DNA of 64,000 nucleotides from Camelus ferus (taxonomy: Eukaryota): contig NC_045696.1 in assembly GCF_009834535.1 (NCBI RefSeq), positions 105,898,001 to 105,962,000 on the forward strand. The letters are read 5' to 3'. Of this stretch, positions 26,864 through 42,040 are shown piece after piece. Position 1 is the first letter of the stretch. Each line of letters begins with the position of its first letter. The notes beneath the pieces are model-generated. The model was not told the DNA's origin, made no database searches, and saw only the letters and a program-made list of their open reading frames with translations. Position numbers and translations under genes: made by a program.

Positions 26864-27634
26864 GTAATTTTACAAATTCTTAGTATGAATTTTTAACATG
26901 TTTGTTGCTATATGTATAAATGTATAGTATGATGTAAGACATTTTTTTGCAAGATGTGGTCCATAGCCCAATGCTGGTCTGTAAATTGTTGTCAGTTGGA
27001 GATAAAGAAAATACAGAAATTGAGAATAAATGTTTAAGAACTTCTCCAGCGATGTGATATTACCACAACATCCAAGGGCTCATGTATTCTATATTTTTTT
27101 CTTTTCCAGTGACTTATTTTTATTTTACAAAAGCACTGGTTTTTGGAAGATAGGAAAGAAAAAGTTGTTCCTTTGCCCCAGGTAGCTCATTTGAGAAGCC
27201 CGTTTCTAAGAGATAGACCCTTACTTTCTTGTGGACTATAGCTCCAAAGATTTTTTATAAACTTTTAATTCTTTTCCAGTAGAAAAAGTTTTTCTTTTGT
27301 TTGAATTGAAGAGTATATGGAAAAATAGAAAGAATAGAAAATCACTTATAGTCTTATCCAGGATAAGGATATCCACTGATAATATTTTGATAATGTGTGT
27401 GTGTGTGAAAATGTTATGTTTGTGTATTTTTTTGCTGATGGAAGGAAGCACACCAGAACCACACTGATAGGGAAGCTAAAAATGTTTGATAATTCAAAAA
27501 TTAGCATTGCAGAGTTAACTTCTTTCAAAATATAGATATCTTTTTGAGATTTACCATCTTTTCAAAACTTAGATCACTGTACTCTCTTTGGGTCTTGATC
27601 TCCAAAGCATATGGATTTATTAGCTACCATTACT

Positions 27635-27790
27635 GTTACCCAAGCTTGTCAGATTTACCAAATAAAAATACAAGAGATCCAAATATTACATGAGATACAC
27701 CTAAAGCTAAAAAGTCATCTACTGTTTATCTAAAATTCAAATAGAACTGGACATAATGTTTTTTAAACTCTAACTTTAGCCTGTCAACAA
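27635..27790. mobile_element. hAT-Charlie fragment (MER33-like)
   Basis: cagattta..aaataaaaataca and tgtttatct.aaattcaaat..aactgg motifs. Confidence 0.55.
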
Positions 27791-28712
27791 CACAGGTATC
27801 TAATATATATATTAGAATTGAATTTCTCTTTTATAAACAATGTACCATATTTCATTTAGTATCATAAAGCTTATTGTACAAAAAAAATTTTTTAATGAAG
27901 TGTACCTTGCAATTTGAATGACCAAGAAAATGTAAGGAGTGTTTTACTGCATTAAATTAAGCAATTTATAAGCTCTTAAAATTTATAAATTATACTTTAG
28001 ATCCTCTGCAGATTTAAGAAAGCTGGCATTGTGATCATGTACACAAATTCAGGTGTTAACATTCATTTAAGAAGTTAAGTCTATTTTAATATTTTAAAAT
28101 TAATTTTCACTATAAATACCTAAGAAGTCAATTTTTGCAGTTGCTAATTTGTATGTGATGACTACAACCGGGACTTGTTGAGGTCATGCCTCCTGGGAAA
28201 ACAATAAACAATTATTTCAATTTAACTTCAGGAACAAGTTTGCTGCCTCCTCCTCCCCAAAGAAAACAATAGAACCTTTACAAATATAACTGCCTTGATG
28301 GGTCTAAAAATACCTTTTCCTGAAAGATGATCATTTTATTTTCTATGTTTATTCTAAATAATTATTTACAGAGCTGCTGTTGGGGTTCTGATTATTCTCT
28401 ATAGTGAACATACTTGACGCTCTTGCATTAATTTCTCCAAACACCCAGTGGTAAATCTTGATCAGAGAATTTTGTCAGCACCCTGACAAAAGTATTTGAA
28501 CACTCCCTTCCCCACCCCCGACCTATCTTTAACATGAAGGAAATATATAGTCTGTAGGATTTTAACAGCATCTTTAGTATGAAGTCATTGTCCACTCAAA
28601 ACTTTTTTAATACCAAAAGTTTATATTTGACTGTAAATATGGTACTCATCTTAAAATTGAAATTTTGCTGTCAAATTTTCATACCACAAGACATAGGCAA
28701 TTAACTAGGTTT

Positions 28713-28854
28713 TTGTTTGTTTGTTTGTTTGTTTTGGTGGGGGGAGGTATTTGGGTTTATTCATTGATTTATTCTTAGAGGAGGTACTGGGGATTGAACC
28801 CAGGACCTCATGCATGCTAAGCATGTGCTCTACCACTTGAGCTATACCCTCCCC
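28713..28854 (-). mobile_element. Vic-1-like SINE with a perfect TSD
   Basis: Same motifs with an (AAAC)n tail. 17-bp TSD ggcaattaactaggttt at 28696-28712 and 28855-28871. Confidence 0.92.
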
Positions 28855-29129
28855 GGCAATTAACTAGGTTTAAAATTAAATTACTTAGCCTAACTTTTTA
28901 TATTTGGCAAAGTTTTATTTTTAAGAGATCTTTGTAGTGGTTCCCAAATTCAGGCTTTATCATTTTTTTTAAAAAGCAGATTATTAAGAGATTGGGATCT
29001 AGGGAGTCTGGGATGAATTAAAGAAACCTGTACTTTTCAGTTGACACTAATAGTTATGTGAACAGAATCCCTTATTTATGATACATTGAAAAAGATTACA
29101 AAAACAGTAGTGATTATAATTCAGTAGTT

Positions 29130-29815
29130 TATGTTGAGTGTTTATACTTGGGACCACAGTAGTGAACTTGGGTGATGTGGTCTTTGTCTGCTTGGAGCTC
29201 ACGATCCACTGGGAAATACAGATTAGTAAACAGACAGTTATAATACAGTGTATAAACTGCTATAAGTGAAGGAGGGTCATTTAAATCAACTGGATGAGTC
29301 AAGGATGTCCTCTTAGAGGACATAACAGTTAAATTGAACCTTCAGTGCTCATTAGCAGTTGAGCAGGTGAAAGGAGTTGGAAGAAGGAAAAGCAAATGGG
29401 AATGGCATATGTGAAGGATAGCCTGTTCAAGGAATAAAAGAAATTGGTTATGGTTTGCTAAAGGGGACAGCTAGGATAAGCAGGAAGGCGGCCAGAGAGA
29501 CAGCCAGCTTCAGGGCATACAGAGCCATCTAGGCCATTATAAAAAGTAGGACTTAACTCATAAGAGCAATTGAGAAGCTATTGAAGGAATTTAAGTAGGT
29601 GACGAACATGAGCAGATTTGCATTTTAGAAAAATTACTCAGGTTGGGGAATGGAAATAGTTCAGAGAGATTAAGATTGTAAGTAGAGAAATTAATGAAAA
29701 ACTGATGTAGTAATTAATCCAAGGAAGGAATGTTGATGGCCAAGATTAAGGTAATGGCTACAGGAACTAAGAGAAGTAGACAGAACTGAGAGACATTTAG
29801 AAATGGATTAGATGT
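29130..29815. mobile_element. L2 remnant
   Basis: Purine-rich degenerate L2 motifs (ggagctcac, cagatttgcattttagaaa, ggattagatgtg). Confidence 0.6.
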
Positions 29816-31753
29816 GACTTTTAGTTGATGAAGGAAGATAGAGTTTGATTTTTGCTAGAAGTATTAGGTACTCATTTACCTTTCCTTACCTGTAATACCG
29901 ATGATTTGTGGCTAGAAAGAGTTTGAACAGTGCTGAGGAAGAAGTTCTAAGATTCTTAAGCTAATCTGCTTAAATTACCATGCATTCATACCTGACTTAG
30001 AGTAATAAATTTCATTAGAGATCTAAAACTATCCAAGAGATCGTATTGTACCCTCAAGATTTTACTTTGGCTCATTATGCAACTTAAATATTTTAATTTT
30101 TCTATGTTTAATACCACAAATTGATGCTAGCTTTTATTTAGAAATAATTACTGTTCTAATAGATATAAATAGACCGTGCATATAAATCCACTATTGACAT
30201 GCATATATTCAAATAGTGTAGGTTCAAATTCAGTATTGATTTGGCCTTATGGAATGAAAAGTAATAGCCCTCTGTACTGTGCTTACCTCCCTAACACTAT
30301 GAAATGCTATTAATAATACCTCAAGTTTCTTTCCAAGGCAGAATTTTTTACATGTTTTATATGCTTCCTTTTGAATTTGCATGAAAGAAATCTTGGGAGA
30401 TGTATTCTGTCCCTGCCTTGTAAATTTAATATATCTGGGGCTTTTAACGTAACACACAGATCTATTTTACTCATTTTGTCACTTGTACTACTCATCTCAT
30501 AGTATATGGATGTATCTTCATTTTTTTAACCAGGTCTTAATGATTAACTTTAGGTTATTTCCAGTTTTTCATTTATATTATAAACAAAGCTACAGTGAAC
30601 ATGCTTGTACTGATACCTTGCTATCTGTACAATTATTTCCATAGGTTTGTGGAAATAAACATCACCCAAATGAGATTAGACTGTTTACTCAGAGCTTGCT
30701 ATAGTAAAGAAACTTTATGTTTGTCTGTGACTCAGAGTTAGGCAGGGGAGTGATAAAGTTAATAAAGTGATGTTGGAAAAAGGGGATGGCTTTTCAGGTA
30801 TGCTTAATTGGAAGTTGTTGGCAGGAGGAAGCTGAGGGAGGCTCAAGAGAAGTTGAGTATCTTATGTGATTGGTTTGGGGAGCATATCTCTTTCACTGGT
30901 TGGTCCTGAGTCTCTTAGGTTGAAATTCCTGTTGGTGGAATTTTGAGGTCATAGTGTGTGCGTGGGCACGTGTGCGCATGTTTGTGTGTGTGTGTAATTT
31001 CTAATAAATATTAAATATGCCTGTTTCTCTGTAACTGTTTCAGCTTAGGTTTTTTCAAACTTTAAAATGTTTACCAATCTGGTAGATAAAAATTAACGCA
31101 TGTATAAAAATTTATACATGTTCATTTATTGTTTTAGGTTTCTAGAATTAGTTATTAGAATAATCTTAAGTTTATGAAAAAACTGTCTTCGTGGCAGAGG
31201 TGCTTCATAATTAAATATAACAAAGAATAATTTTATGTTTATGAGATTTTTGACTGATATATTGTAACCATTGTTGAAAAATCACAATTGAGCTAAAAGT
31301 TTAACCCATAAAATTTAAATTTACTCAGTTTTAAGTTAAGTAATAAGTTTTAGGTTTATTTGTAAAGCTTTCAGATTCTTAGATACTTTAAATGCACTTT
31401 ACTCAATTTGTAGAGAAGAACTGTGGATGTTTCATGTGTGGTTTTAAAACGGTACTATGAATTTCAGTGATTATAAAAATGGTAACCAACTGCATTTCTT
31501 TAAGAGGTTTCAAGTTTGTATTCTTTAGAAGTCTAATTGTATGTTTGTCTTCTATACATGAAATTCGTTATTTTATCTTGAGTATTCTTTTTATCTTTCA
31601 TAATATTTTCCTGCCCAGTTAAAAAAATTTTTTTATCGTAGTATTTCCTGCCCAGTTTTGTTTGCTTCATAAAAAACCAAACATCCAAGCTAGTTTTTGG
31701 TGAATATATTTTGTATTCTCGTTATTATTAGCTACTCAGAATGACACCTTTAA

Positions 31754-32107
<354 letters not shown>

Positions 32108-32212
32108 TGAGATTTAAGATGGAAATGCATTTAGGATTATGTATGACAATCTAAGTTGACACATTCTTTACACATATATGGTTTTTTGATGCAGTGGTAT
32201 GTTTGTTTAGAT

Positions 32213-32396
32213 CGGGGTCAGCAAACTGCAGTGGTTTTGAATGGTTTTTCTATTTTTAAAAAAAGATGTAAAAAACTCAAAGAATTTTGAAGGGATGTTT
32301 TAAAAAAAGGAAAGAAAAGAAAGAAGAATATTGGACAGAGACCTATATGTTTTCAGCAAAGCCTAGTCCTTTAGAAAAACGGTTTGCCAACCCCTG
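32213..32396. mobile_element. hAT-Charlie MITE (MER58-like)
   Basis: TIRs cggggtcagcaaact and ggtttgccaacccctg; 8-bp TSD gt(t/c)tagat at 32205 and 32397. Confidence 0.8.
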
Positions 32397-32749
32397 GTCT
32401 AGATAATGTTGTTTAATATGGATATAATTTTGTTTTCCCATGTGATTTTTCTCTTACCTGTAAAATGAAAGTTTTGATCAAATGATCTCTCCCCCCCCCC
32501 ATATTCTTACATTTGCATTCTGTGAATATGTGAATTAAATGCTGAAATGGAATTGAGCATTATAAGAGTATAGATACAGTTAATCTGTATTTGACTGTTT
32601 ACTGCAATAGTACAAACTAGATCATGCTGCTATCCTTGTATCAAGTATGCTCATTTTATCATTTAGATTCTGGTCTTAGAATTAGGGTGGGAGTACAAGG
32701 ATATTTTGTTATTCAATTAGTATGATAACAACAATGAAAAAACTATCAG

Positions 32750-32960
32750 TAGCCATTCTGTACTGGGCACTTTACTATGCCAGGGACTGTGAAAGGTATA
32801 TTTTTTTAAAATATATTCTTCACTTCTCATAACAATTCTGTAGAGTGTTGTTATCTTATCCCCACTATATAAGTGAAGAAACTGAAAAGGAGAGAAGTTT
32901 GTTTTCTTTGTGTGCCATGCCTCATAGCTGGGCAGTGGTAGAGCCAGAATTTTATCCAGG
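32750..32960. mobile_element. MIR remnant (similar remnants near 10890-11050 and 20360-20560)
   Basis: Degenerate MIR core: tatcccca...gaagaaactga...gtggtagagccagaattt. Confidence 0.6.
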
Positions 32961-34438
32961 TGTTTCTTGTTTTATCAACTCTGCCTCCTTTCCAACAATA
33001 CGTGTATTTGTTAGGACAAATGTGAAAAAAAAAGGATCCTACTTTCTGGGATTTTATAAAGGAAGCTTGTCTAGGGAAAAAAAACCAGTTTGTCACTCTG
33101 TCCTGAGATAATGTTGAGACTAAAGTTCAACTTAAGTCAATCAAGATTTGGATATCATAAAGTGTAAAGATCAAATTTAAAATACCATTTACAGAATTCT
33201 GCATTGTTAAAAGAGCTGGAATAATAAAATTTACTGTTAAAAGGCGATTAGAATTCAACTTGAAAATTCTTACTCTGGGCAATTTGTTCATCTAGCTCAG
33301 TGTGAGTTTCATCACATATGGGTCAAATCTCTACTGGATATACAGATTTTAATGTGATCATCATTGTAACAAAGTAAATGTGAAAAGAAGTGTTTTGAAG
33401 TTATAAGAGAAATACAGATACTGTGAAATCTTACTGGATTCCAGGCAGTCATAGAACTTAATGGTGAAAGGAGTTTAGAGATCATGTATGTAGACTCTTT
33501 GTATAACTTAATAATTCTTTTCACCATCCCTTATATCCTGTGTCTCTCACCAAATACATCCTGTGCTATGGGAAGCCTCCTGACGCAGCATGTTTTCACT
33601 GTGAGCAAGCACACATTTAATTTTGAATTTAAAAAAATTAAAAATATTCAAACTACCTTTCTGTAACTTCTGCCCATCTGGTTATAATTTCCTGTTTGAA
33701 TAAGTATCCATTCAGTCTCCCTTCATTCTACACCAAATATTCAGATAGTTGAAATATAGCTGTCATATCTCTCCTTAGTCTCCTTTTCTTGTGGCTAAAT
33801 ACTTCCCCAGGGATTAAACCAGAAGTTCTTAGAATTTTGGATCATATAGAATAGTAAATCCTTTAAGTTATTAAATAATTCTTAGAAGTCACATATAATT
33901 TATTATAGCTTTTTATTTAGGCAAGTAATACTATTTTTAAAAAATCCTAAACTGTAATTTATCGCCAACTTGATTTCATAAGTAAATAAACATTTTACCA
34001 TCAAAAAAATAGGAATGGCAGAACCTCAGAATAAAGAAACATTTGGCAACCTCCTCCGTCATATGTGCATTTTCTCTTTTGCCCCACCCCCCATCCCTGC
34101 CCACTTCTATAAAATTCTCATTTGGATCTTTCACCATCACTGCTGATGACCAGCTTTGGGATACAGAATGTGGGAACACTAAAGTAAAAATGAGATGAAA
34201 TGTAGCAAGGTATTCTTTTAGGTTAAAAAAATTGGTTATCCAGGATTGGTAGGGGGAAAGAAAATTTACTGAAATTTTAAATGTAAACTAAATATTAAAT
34301 GTAAATGTACATATATAAACATTATACATGGCTGTATACAATGTAGTACAAATAATACTAATAATAAGCACAAGTGTATAAAGAGTAATTTTCTTCAGCA
34401 TAAATATAAAATTGCTTTTTTCTACTTCCCCCTTTTAG

Positions 34439-34687
<249 letters not shown>

Positions 34688-37049
34688 TGATCCAAAAAAA
34701 TGTGTTGTCATAGTAGAATATTTGGAGCCTACAGAAAGAAAATACAGAATTAAATAATAGATATTCATAATCCTACTTGCTTCTGAGATAACCACTGTTA
34801 ATTAACATTTTGGTATGTTTTCATCATTTTACTTGCAGTTATACTATGTATTTCTGATAATAATTATATGCATTTATATGTGTGTGTATGTGTTTTGTCT
34901 CTGTGTTTGTATTCTGCTTTTTCATTGAGTGTTATGTCATATTTTTCTATAGGATTATGAATTCTTAATGCAATTCGTTACAGTTGCTTACTATATCACA
35001 TAAATATAATGATTTCAATAAGAAATATCAAAAAAAATAGAAAATACTTTAAGTGGCCACTAAATGAATTGTGTAAAAACTTATTTGTGATTATCAATTA
35101 AATAGGTAAAGTCATATAAATTTTCATTGTGTATTAGGAAAGTTTGCAATATCAGCCTAATATTTATAGGTATAATTTCCCCTTTCCCCTACTTCCATAT
35201 GTGGTAGGAATTTTGTAAGCATTAGGTCTGACCATCCTCAAAAGCCTTTGTTAGTCTTTGAGATATTTATTTCCATTTAATCATTAATTTTTTGAGTAGA
35301 TGTTTTATGTAGGACATTGAAGTGCCTTAGATTATTTTTGGAGTATAGTTGAGTTTAAATAAGATATGTGCAGTGCGACATCACTTCCCCTACCAGAAGG
35401 TATACTATTTAAAGAATAGGATCCTGGCTTTGACTTTCTAGGAACTTGATATTTTTGTTGAAATTACATTTGAAGACTAAAAAATGGTTGTTACAGAAAG
35501 AATTATATGGTTGTTACATAGACTAAGTGCGAAGTTAGGGGTAGATAGTAACAGGATTTTAGAAAAATACATGATTGCTCTTATTTATGATTTTTGTTTT
35601 AAGTGGGCTACAGGCATGCCATTTATTAAGTGATGTCTGTTTGAGAAGGAGTTATATTTTATTAGCAGGTAACGGGGATTTTATACCCTTCCCCTCATAT
35701 TTTTAGTGTAGCCTTTAATTCTTGGTTTAGTAGGTAGAAAGTCTAGCAGCTGTTATAACCTTGTGTACAGCTTTGGGATCTGTGGCATTCCGATGGTAAG
35801 TGCTTGAACTCTAGCTCATGAGAGAAAGAAGGAAGGTGGAAAATACTTGGTAGTAACATAGAAGTACTGACTTCTTCCCTTCATGTTCTGTCATCTTTTT
35901 AGTAGTCTCCTGTGTCTTTAACACTTTTTTTTTTAACCTTAATAAGAGGAAAGTACATTGTTTTGCCCAAACTGGAATTTGTTTATTACAAAGAAGAATA
36001 AAAGCAGGTGTGCAGTTTTTGTACAAGGTCATATGAGAAAGAAAATATGCAGTGTAGTCAAAGGGGCATGAAGGAAATGGAATGATACATTTTTCATAGG
36101 GAAAGGTTTTTGAATGAATATAATTATCATAATACTGTAACTCCCACTTATAGGCCATTCTGGAAATGTTTTTTGTTTAATTTCAAAAATGTATTTTTAG
36201 TGGTTCTCAATTGAATACAATATATTGAATCATACTTTATATCTGTATAGAAAATTTATTCTACTGAGGAATACATTGAATTTCTGTTCATTTTATTAGG
36301 AATCTTTGGTAATGTGAATACCACTCCTTTTCTTACATGCCTCTGGACAGCAATCTTGGTTTCATGGAAATGAAACAGAGTATCCAGGTGGGATGGCCAG
36401 TAGGTTTTTCATGGAAAGACAGTAATGGTTACCTAGAACCCTGTGCTGAAAAGGTACCAGGTCTACCGCAGGGATGCATAGAAAAGTGTAGGACTTTTTA
36501 AAAAATGGTCACATGTGTACCACATATTCACCTTTCCTGACTTACTGGTCAGTTTACATTGTGGCATCACAGTCTATGATGATCAAGTCTTGCTCCTGGG
36601 AGGATACACCAGTTGGTCATACTGCTGGGTATTAAGTGCAGAAAGGAGAAGGAAAAACATCTAGACTGATGCACATATTTTTCTAAGGTTTAGCGAACAG
36701 AAAAAAAATCAAACAGGTGGATTTAAATCCAGTTCTTAAAGATACTAGGTGTATAACTTAAACCTTCTGGTTTCCAGTTCTGTAATCTATTAAAGGGGGA
36801 AAATCTCTTAGAGTTAGAAAGATGAGTTATAACATTTAAGAAGTGTCTAGTTCATTTCTTAAATACTTAGATGTTCAATTAATGGTGACTATTTTATGTT
36901 GTGATTTTAATTTTTCATATTCTTGACATGAGTTGTTAAGATACACTTTAACAGTACTTTTATTCTAGTGTTGTTCAGCTTAATTTTATTCTTCTGTTGA
37001 TTTATGTTTTGCTTGAGAATCCTTCCCTTATTCTTTCTTGCCACTGTAG

Positions 37050-37262
<213 letters not shown>

Positions 37263-38117
37263 TGATTCTGTTAGGTTGTATGCTTAAGCCTCACAAATAC
37301 ATTTTTTGTTCAATTCTTCTTCTGTGGAAACTAATGCATATTTCCAAAGATCCAGCACCATTTATTAGTAATTATCTTTTTGGCTACTATTCTTTTTCCT
37401 TACTTAAGCTACATGTAATTGTAAATAGGCTATTTATGTTTCCTGTTATCTTTTGATGCTAAAGAAAAATGCCATCAAATTGGGAATATTTTGAAATTAG
37501 AGCTAAACATAGGACTTCAAAGAGCAAGTTGAGACATTCTGGTAGAAAAGTTAGACGTGCAGAGATAGTTGATTTTCTGGTATATTTCATTTCTGTCAGC
37601 TTATCTGTAATAGTGTTTTTGGTATAGTTTGTTTCTTATTGATTACTTTTAAGCTTTAAATGTAACAAAGGCATTTTTTTTTTCTAAAATGTAATACATT
37701 TATATAAAGCAAATCTAAAGTTTGTGTTCATTGGAATAGTTAACAGTTTTTAAATAGTTCTTCAGTCTTAAGAAATTGCATGTTTAACCATTCCTTGATA
37801 ATTAAAAGATTATCTATATATTAATTTATATGGTCATTTCTTAATTTATCCAAAGCTGTTAATACTATTTGTGTATGGTGTTTAATTTAGTGAATCTCTT
37901 AGCAGTATTAGAATGCTGCCTATTTTGCCATGAGAACTAAGTGCTAGTGGTTGTGATGCTTAATTTAATATATTTGATTTTTAGTTGTTAGTTCAGAGGT
38001 CTATTTTCATTATTTTGCCAATGGACATGAGAACTGATAAGATGATTTCATTGCTAGCATGAAATATTCAATTCTTTCTTTAAAATACTCTGTATTTATT
38101 TCATTTTTTTTTTATAG

Positions 38118-38207
<90 letters not shown>

Positions 38208-40069
38208 TAAGATTTGAATCTGTCTTCTGCTTTATTATTTGAATAACTCACTAAGTTCAGTGACTGTCTCATTGGATATTAAGTTTTTCTTATATTGGTC
38301 ACTTATAGGACGTAGAATATGGTAATTTATTATGAGACAATTTAGAATTTTTGTTTCAAAATATTCTTTGAATAATTGGAGATGTACTGGAAAGATTGAC
38401 ATTTTCCCAGGGTATACTGTATGAAAGAAATTGCTTTAGATCAGGAATTCAGCAAGTAAAATTTAAGCCAAAACTATGGGTCACATGTTTCTGTACAGGC
38501 TTACTCTGCTTTCTCACCCTTGCTTAGAGCTGCACTCAGCCTCTCTCAGCCCATTTTTTTTTTTTCCCTTTCCTTTTAAACTTGCTGAACACACAGAAAA
38601 TGTAATACTATTTCCTGAAATAAAATAGATGACTACATTGTAGACCACAGCTTGTTAACACATGGGGATTTATTGCACCACCCATATAATTAGGTAAAGA
38701 CTTAACAAGGCATTTTGTCTCAAAATGTAAAGCATGCATTTTCCTCTATTTTGCTTGGCAGGAAGTTAAGTGAATAGTTCTGTGATCCAAGAAAGAGATT
38801 CAGTTAGTTTGAGATGTTTGCTGGCATGAGGATATATTCAGGAGCACCTTGCCAAAGATTACCAATGACTTGCTTTTATAAATGGACATTAAAGATTCTT
38901 TGGGTAGCGGTCATTAAAATAAGGGATGTCTTTGTCTTATATTCTCAGCTAGATTTTAATTTTTAATGAGTATGCTTATGGCATATAAATTAAATTGCTA
39001 AGGCATTTAGCCTTTGTTTTTATTTTAGTGCTAATTTAACTTTTTCCTTAACTTAATTTAAATTTTCTTTATTAATTTTTTTTCCAATTGCAAACAGTAT
39101 AACTTGATTGTTGCAACAGGTAAAAAATAAGCCCAAACATGATTTAATAAAAAAGATCTCTCCCTATCTCTTTACCATCATACGGGATTCAAGGTCAACA
39201 AATCTTGGGTGACATTCATGTTTATACAAATATTTATAAACATGGTTTGGGGATTGAAGGGGTATTGGTTGTGTTTATTTTGTTGATTGGTTTGGTTTGT
39301 TAAACAAAAGGGATGGTATATATATTATTCTATAACTTGACTTCTTCTCTTTGTAATGTATCTCGCATAGCCCTCTGGGTTATTAAATATTCAATAGCAT
39401 TCCTTGGGTATTTCTAAAGGTAGAACTCATATATAGGCAACTCTACCCTCAAGTCATATTTAGTTTTTAATTGTGTGTGTGTGTGTGTATGTGTGTATAG
39501 AATATGATTTTATATATATATATATATGGTTTTGCTCAGTGGTTTATATGTACATGTGTATAATTTACATGGGAATTCCTACTTGTTCTTCCCACTTACT
39601 AGCTTATTGTTACTTATTTTATTTCTTTTGTAGTTATTATTTCTCTGCAGCCTTCTCTTATTACCCAGTTTCTTCCTAAAGAAGCATTCACTACATGCTT
39701 ATTTTTCTTGAGCAATTATGCTTTATTTCTTTGTCAGTGACAAATTGTGAGTGACATTTTATTTCCATAGGTTTTACCAGCTTCCATCAGCTGTTTCAAG
39801 CTGGACTGATTCTGTTGTTTGTGGCCATATATTCTTAGGAGTAATGGGCTTAATGTACTATTTAAAGTATCTCTCCCACTCCATTCTGTCTAGTTGTCTA
39901 GTTCCCCCCTCCCTACCCCTTTTCTTTTTCCAGTGGGGCTATATAGTTGAATTTAAGTAAGTTAATGCAAGTACTGCATGGCTTTCTTGTAGGTATATGT
40001 CATTCTTTTTATTATTTTTTAAATTTGATTCTATTGAGTTACAGATTCCTCATTCTTTTTAATTGCCAC

Positions 40070-41480
40070 ACGGGTTAGGAGTTCCAGTACAGTGTTGAAG
40101 AGAAATCTGGCCAGGGGAGGGCAGCTTTACTCTTTTTTTCCAAATTTTTTTCTTTCCTTAATGTGTTAGGGAAGGACCTTCAGTATGATGTTGAATAGAA
40201 TGATGAGAGTAGATATATTAGTTGGGATTCTCCAAAGAAAAAGAACAGTAAGGTGTGTGTGTGTGTGCGCGCGTACACACAGATGTCCACGTTTCCATAT
40301 ATATTCGCGCGCGCGCGCGCACACACACACATACATTTATTTAAGGAATTGGCTCACATAATTATGGAGATGGTTAAGCCTGGCTATCTGCAGGGTTAGT
40401 TGGTAACTGGAAATCCAGAAGAGCTGATAGTTTTATTCTAGTCTGAGTCTGAAGGCCTAATCACCTGGAGGCGCCTGTGGTGTAGTTCCTGTTGTAGTTC
40501 TGTATGCTCAAGACCCACGAAGAGCTGCTATTGCAGTTAGGTAGTCAGGCAAGAATTCTTTCTTAGTCTGAGGAGAATCAGTCTTTTTGTTGTATTCAGT
40601 TCTTCCACTGATTGGATTAGGATTACCTTCGTTAAGGAGGGCAATCTGTTTTAGTCAGTCTACCATTTAAATGTTAATCTTATTGAAAAACACTCTCACA
40701 GAATATCTAGACACCCCAGGGCCCAGTCAAATGGACAAATGAAATTAACCATCACAGTAGACATTCTTGTTTTGTTCTTAATCTTAAAGAAAAACATTTA
40801 GTCTTTCAACTTTAAGCATAATACTAGCTGTAGGGTTTTCATAGATGCCCTTTATTCAAGAAATCCTCTTCTCTTTCTACTCTGCTGAGCATTTTTATCC
40901 TGAAAGGAATAGAAGAAAGTTTCACTGTGTCCAATGCTTTTTCTGTACTTATTGAGGTGATTGTATGGTTTTTATATTTTAGTCTGTTAATTTGATTTTC
41001 AGAAGTTGAAAGCAACCTTGTGTTTTGGAAATATGCACCGCTCAGTGGTAATATAGTAGCCTTTTTCTATATTGCTGAATTTGATTTATTAATATTTTGT
41101 TACAGATTTTTACATCTATGTGCATGAAAAATACTGGACTGCACTTTTTGTATAATGTCTTTGATTTTGGAATCAGGATAATGTTGACCTTATAAATTGA
41201 GTTGAGAAGCTTTCCCTCACCTCAATTTTCTGAACAAGTTTATATAGGATTGGTTTGTATAGGATAGGTTTATATAGGATTACTTCATCCTTAAATGTTT
41301 GGTAGGATTTACTCCAAGCCACCTGAGCCTGGAGTTTTCTTGGTGAGGTGGTTTTTAATTAGAAATTTAATTTCTTTAATGGATATATAGCTAGTCATAT
41401 TTTCTGTTTCTTTTGTATCAGCTTTGATAATATTTGTCTTTTGAAGAATTTAAGTTGTTAAGTTTATTGGCATTAAGTTC
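40070..41480 (-). mobile_element. Ancient L1 ORF2-derived sequence interrupted by an MLT2 LTR
   Basis: atgttgaatagaa...tagctgtagggttttcatagatgcccttt...ccacctgagcctggagtttt motifs. Confidence 0.7.
40214..40756 (-). mobile_element. ERVL solo LTR (MLT2-like)
   Basis: Ends aaattaaccatcaca (TGTGATGGTTAAT on the minus strand); aaggaattggctcac motif; 5-bp TSD gtaga at 40209-40213 and 40757-40761. Confidence 0.85.
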
Positions 41481-41499
41481 ATAATAGCCCCTTAAATTT

Positions 41500-42040
41500 T
41501 TTTTTATTGCTGTGTAACAAATTACCACAAATCCAGCACTTAAAACAATACCTACTTATTAGCTCATATTTCTCTTGGTTAGAAATCTGGGCAAGGTGTG
41601 GCTCTGTTTTCTGCTTATGGTCCTATAATGTTGAAATCCTGGTGTTAATTGGGCTACATTCCTTCCTGAAGGCTCTGGGGAAGAATCTGCTTCTAAAATG
41701 ATTCAAGTTAATGACCAGATTCAGCTACTTGCGGTTGTTTCAAGCTATTTGAGCTTCTCAATTGCTTCTTGGCTTTTGGCTGAGGATTGCTCTCAGTTAC
41801 TAGAAGCATCTACCAGGTCTTGGCTTGGTAGCTCTCTCTATTTTCAACTCCAGAAACAGAGAATTTCTCAAGGATCAAATCCTTCTTAATGCTTTGAATC
41901 TCTTGCCAGAAGAGCCTGGTCCCTTTACAGGGCATACCTTTGGGTCAGGCCCATGAAAGATAATCTTCTGTCCTTAAAGCCACTTATGTCATATTGTATA
42001 ACCTAATCATGGGGATGAAATCCATTGTAATCACAGTCCC
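41500..42040. mobile_element. MaLR LTR (MLT1-like)
   Basis: attgctgtgtaacaaattaccacaa...ggctctggggaagaatctgctt...ggtcaggccca motifs. Confidence 0.75.

Noticed and set aside
30645..30915. Possible LTR fragment interrupting an old L1
   Set aside because: The composition is suggestive, but I could not establish family, termini or TSD.
31099..31120. Palindrome with 10-bp arms, catgtataaa-aa-tttatacatg
   Set aside because: Short and AT-rich, so plausibly chance.
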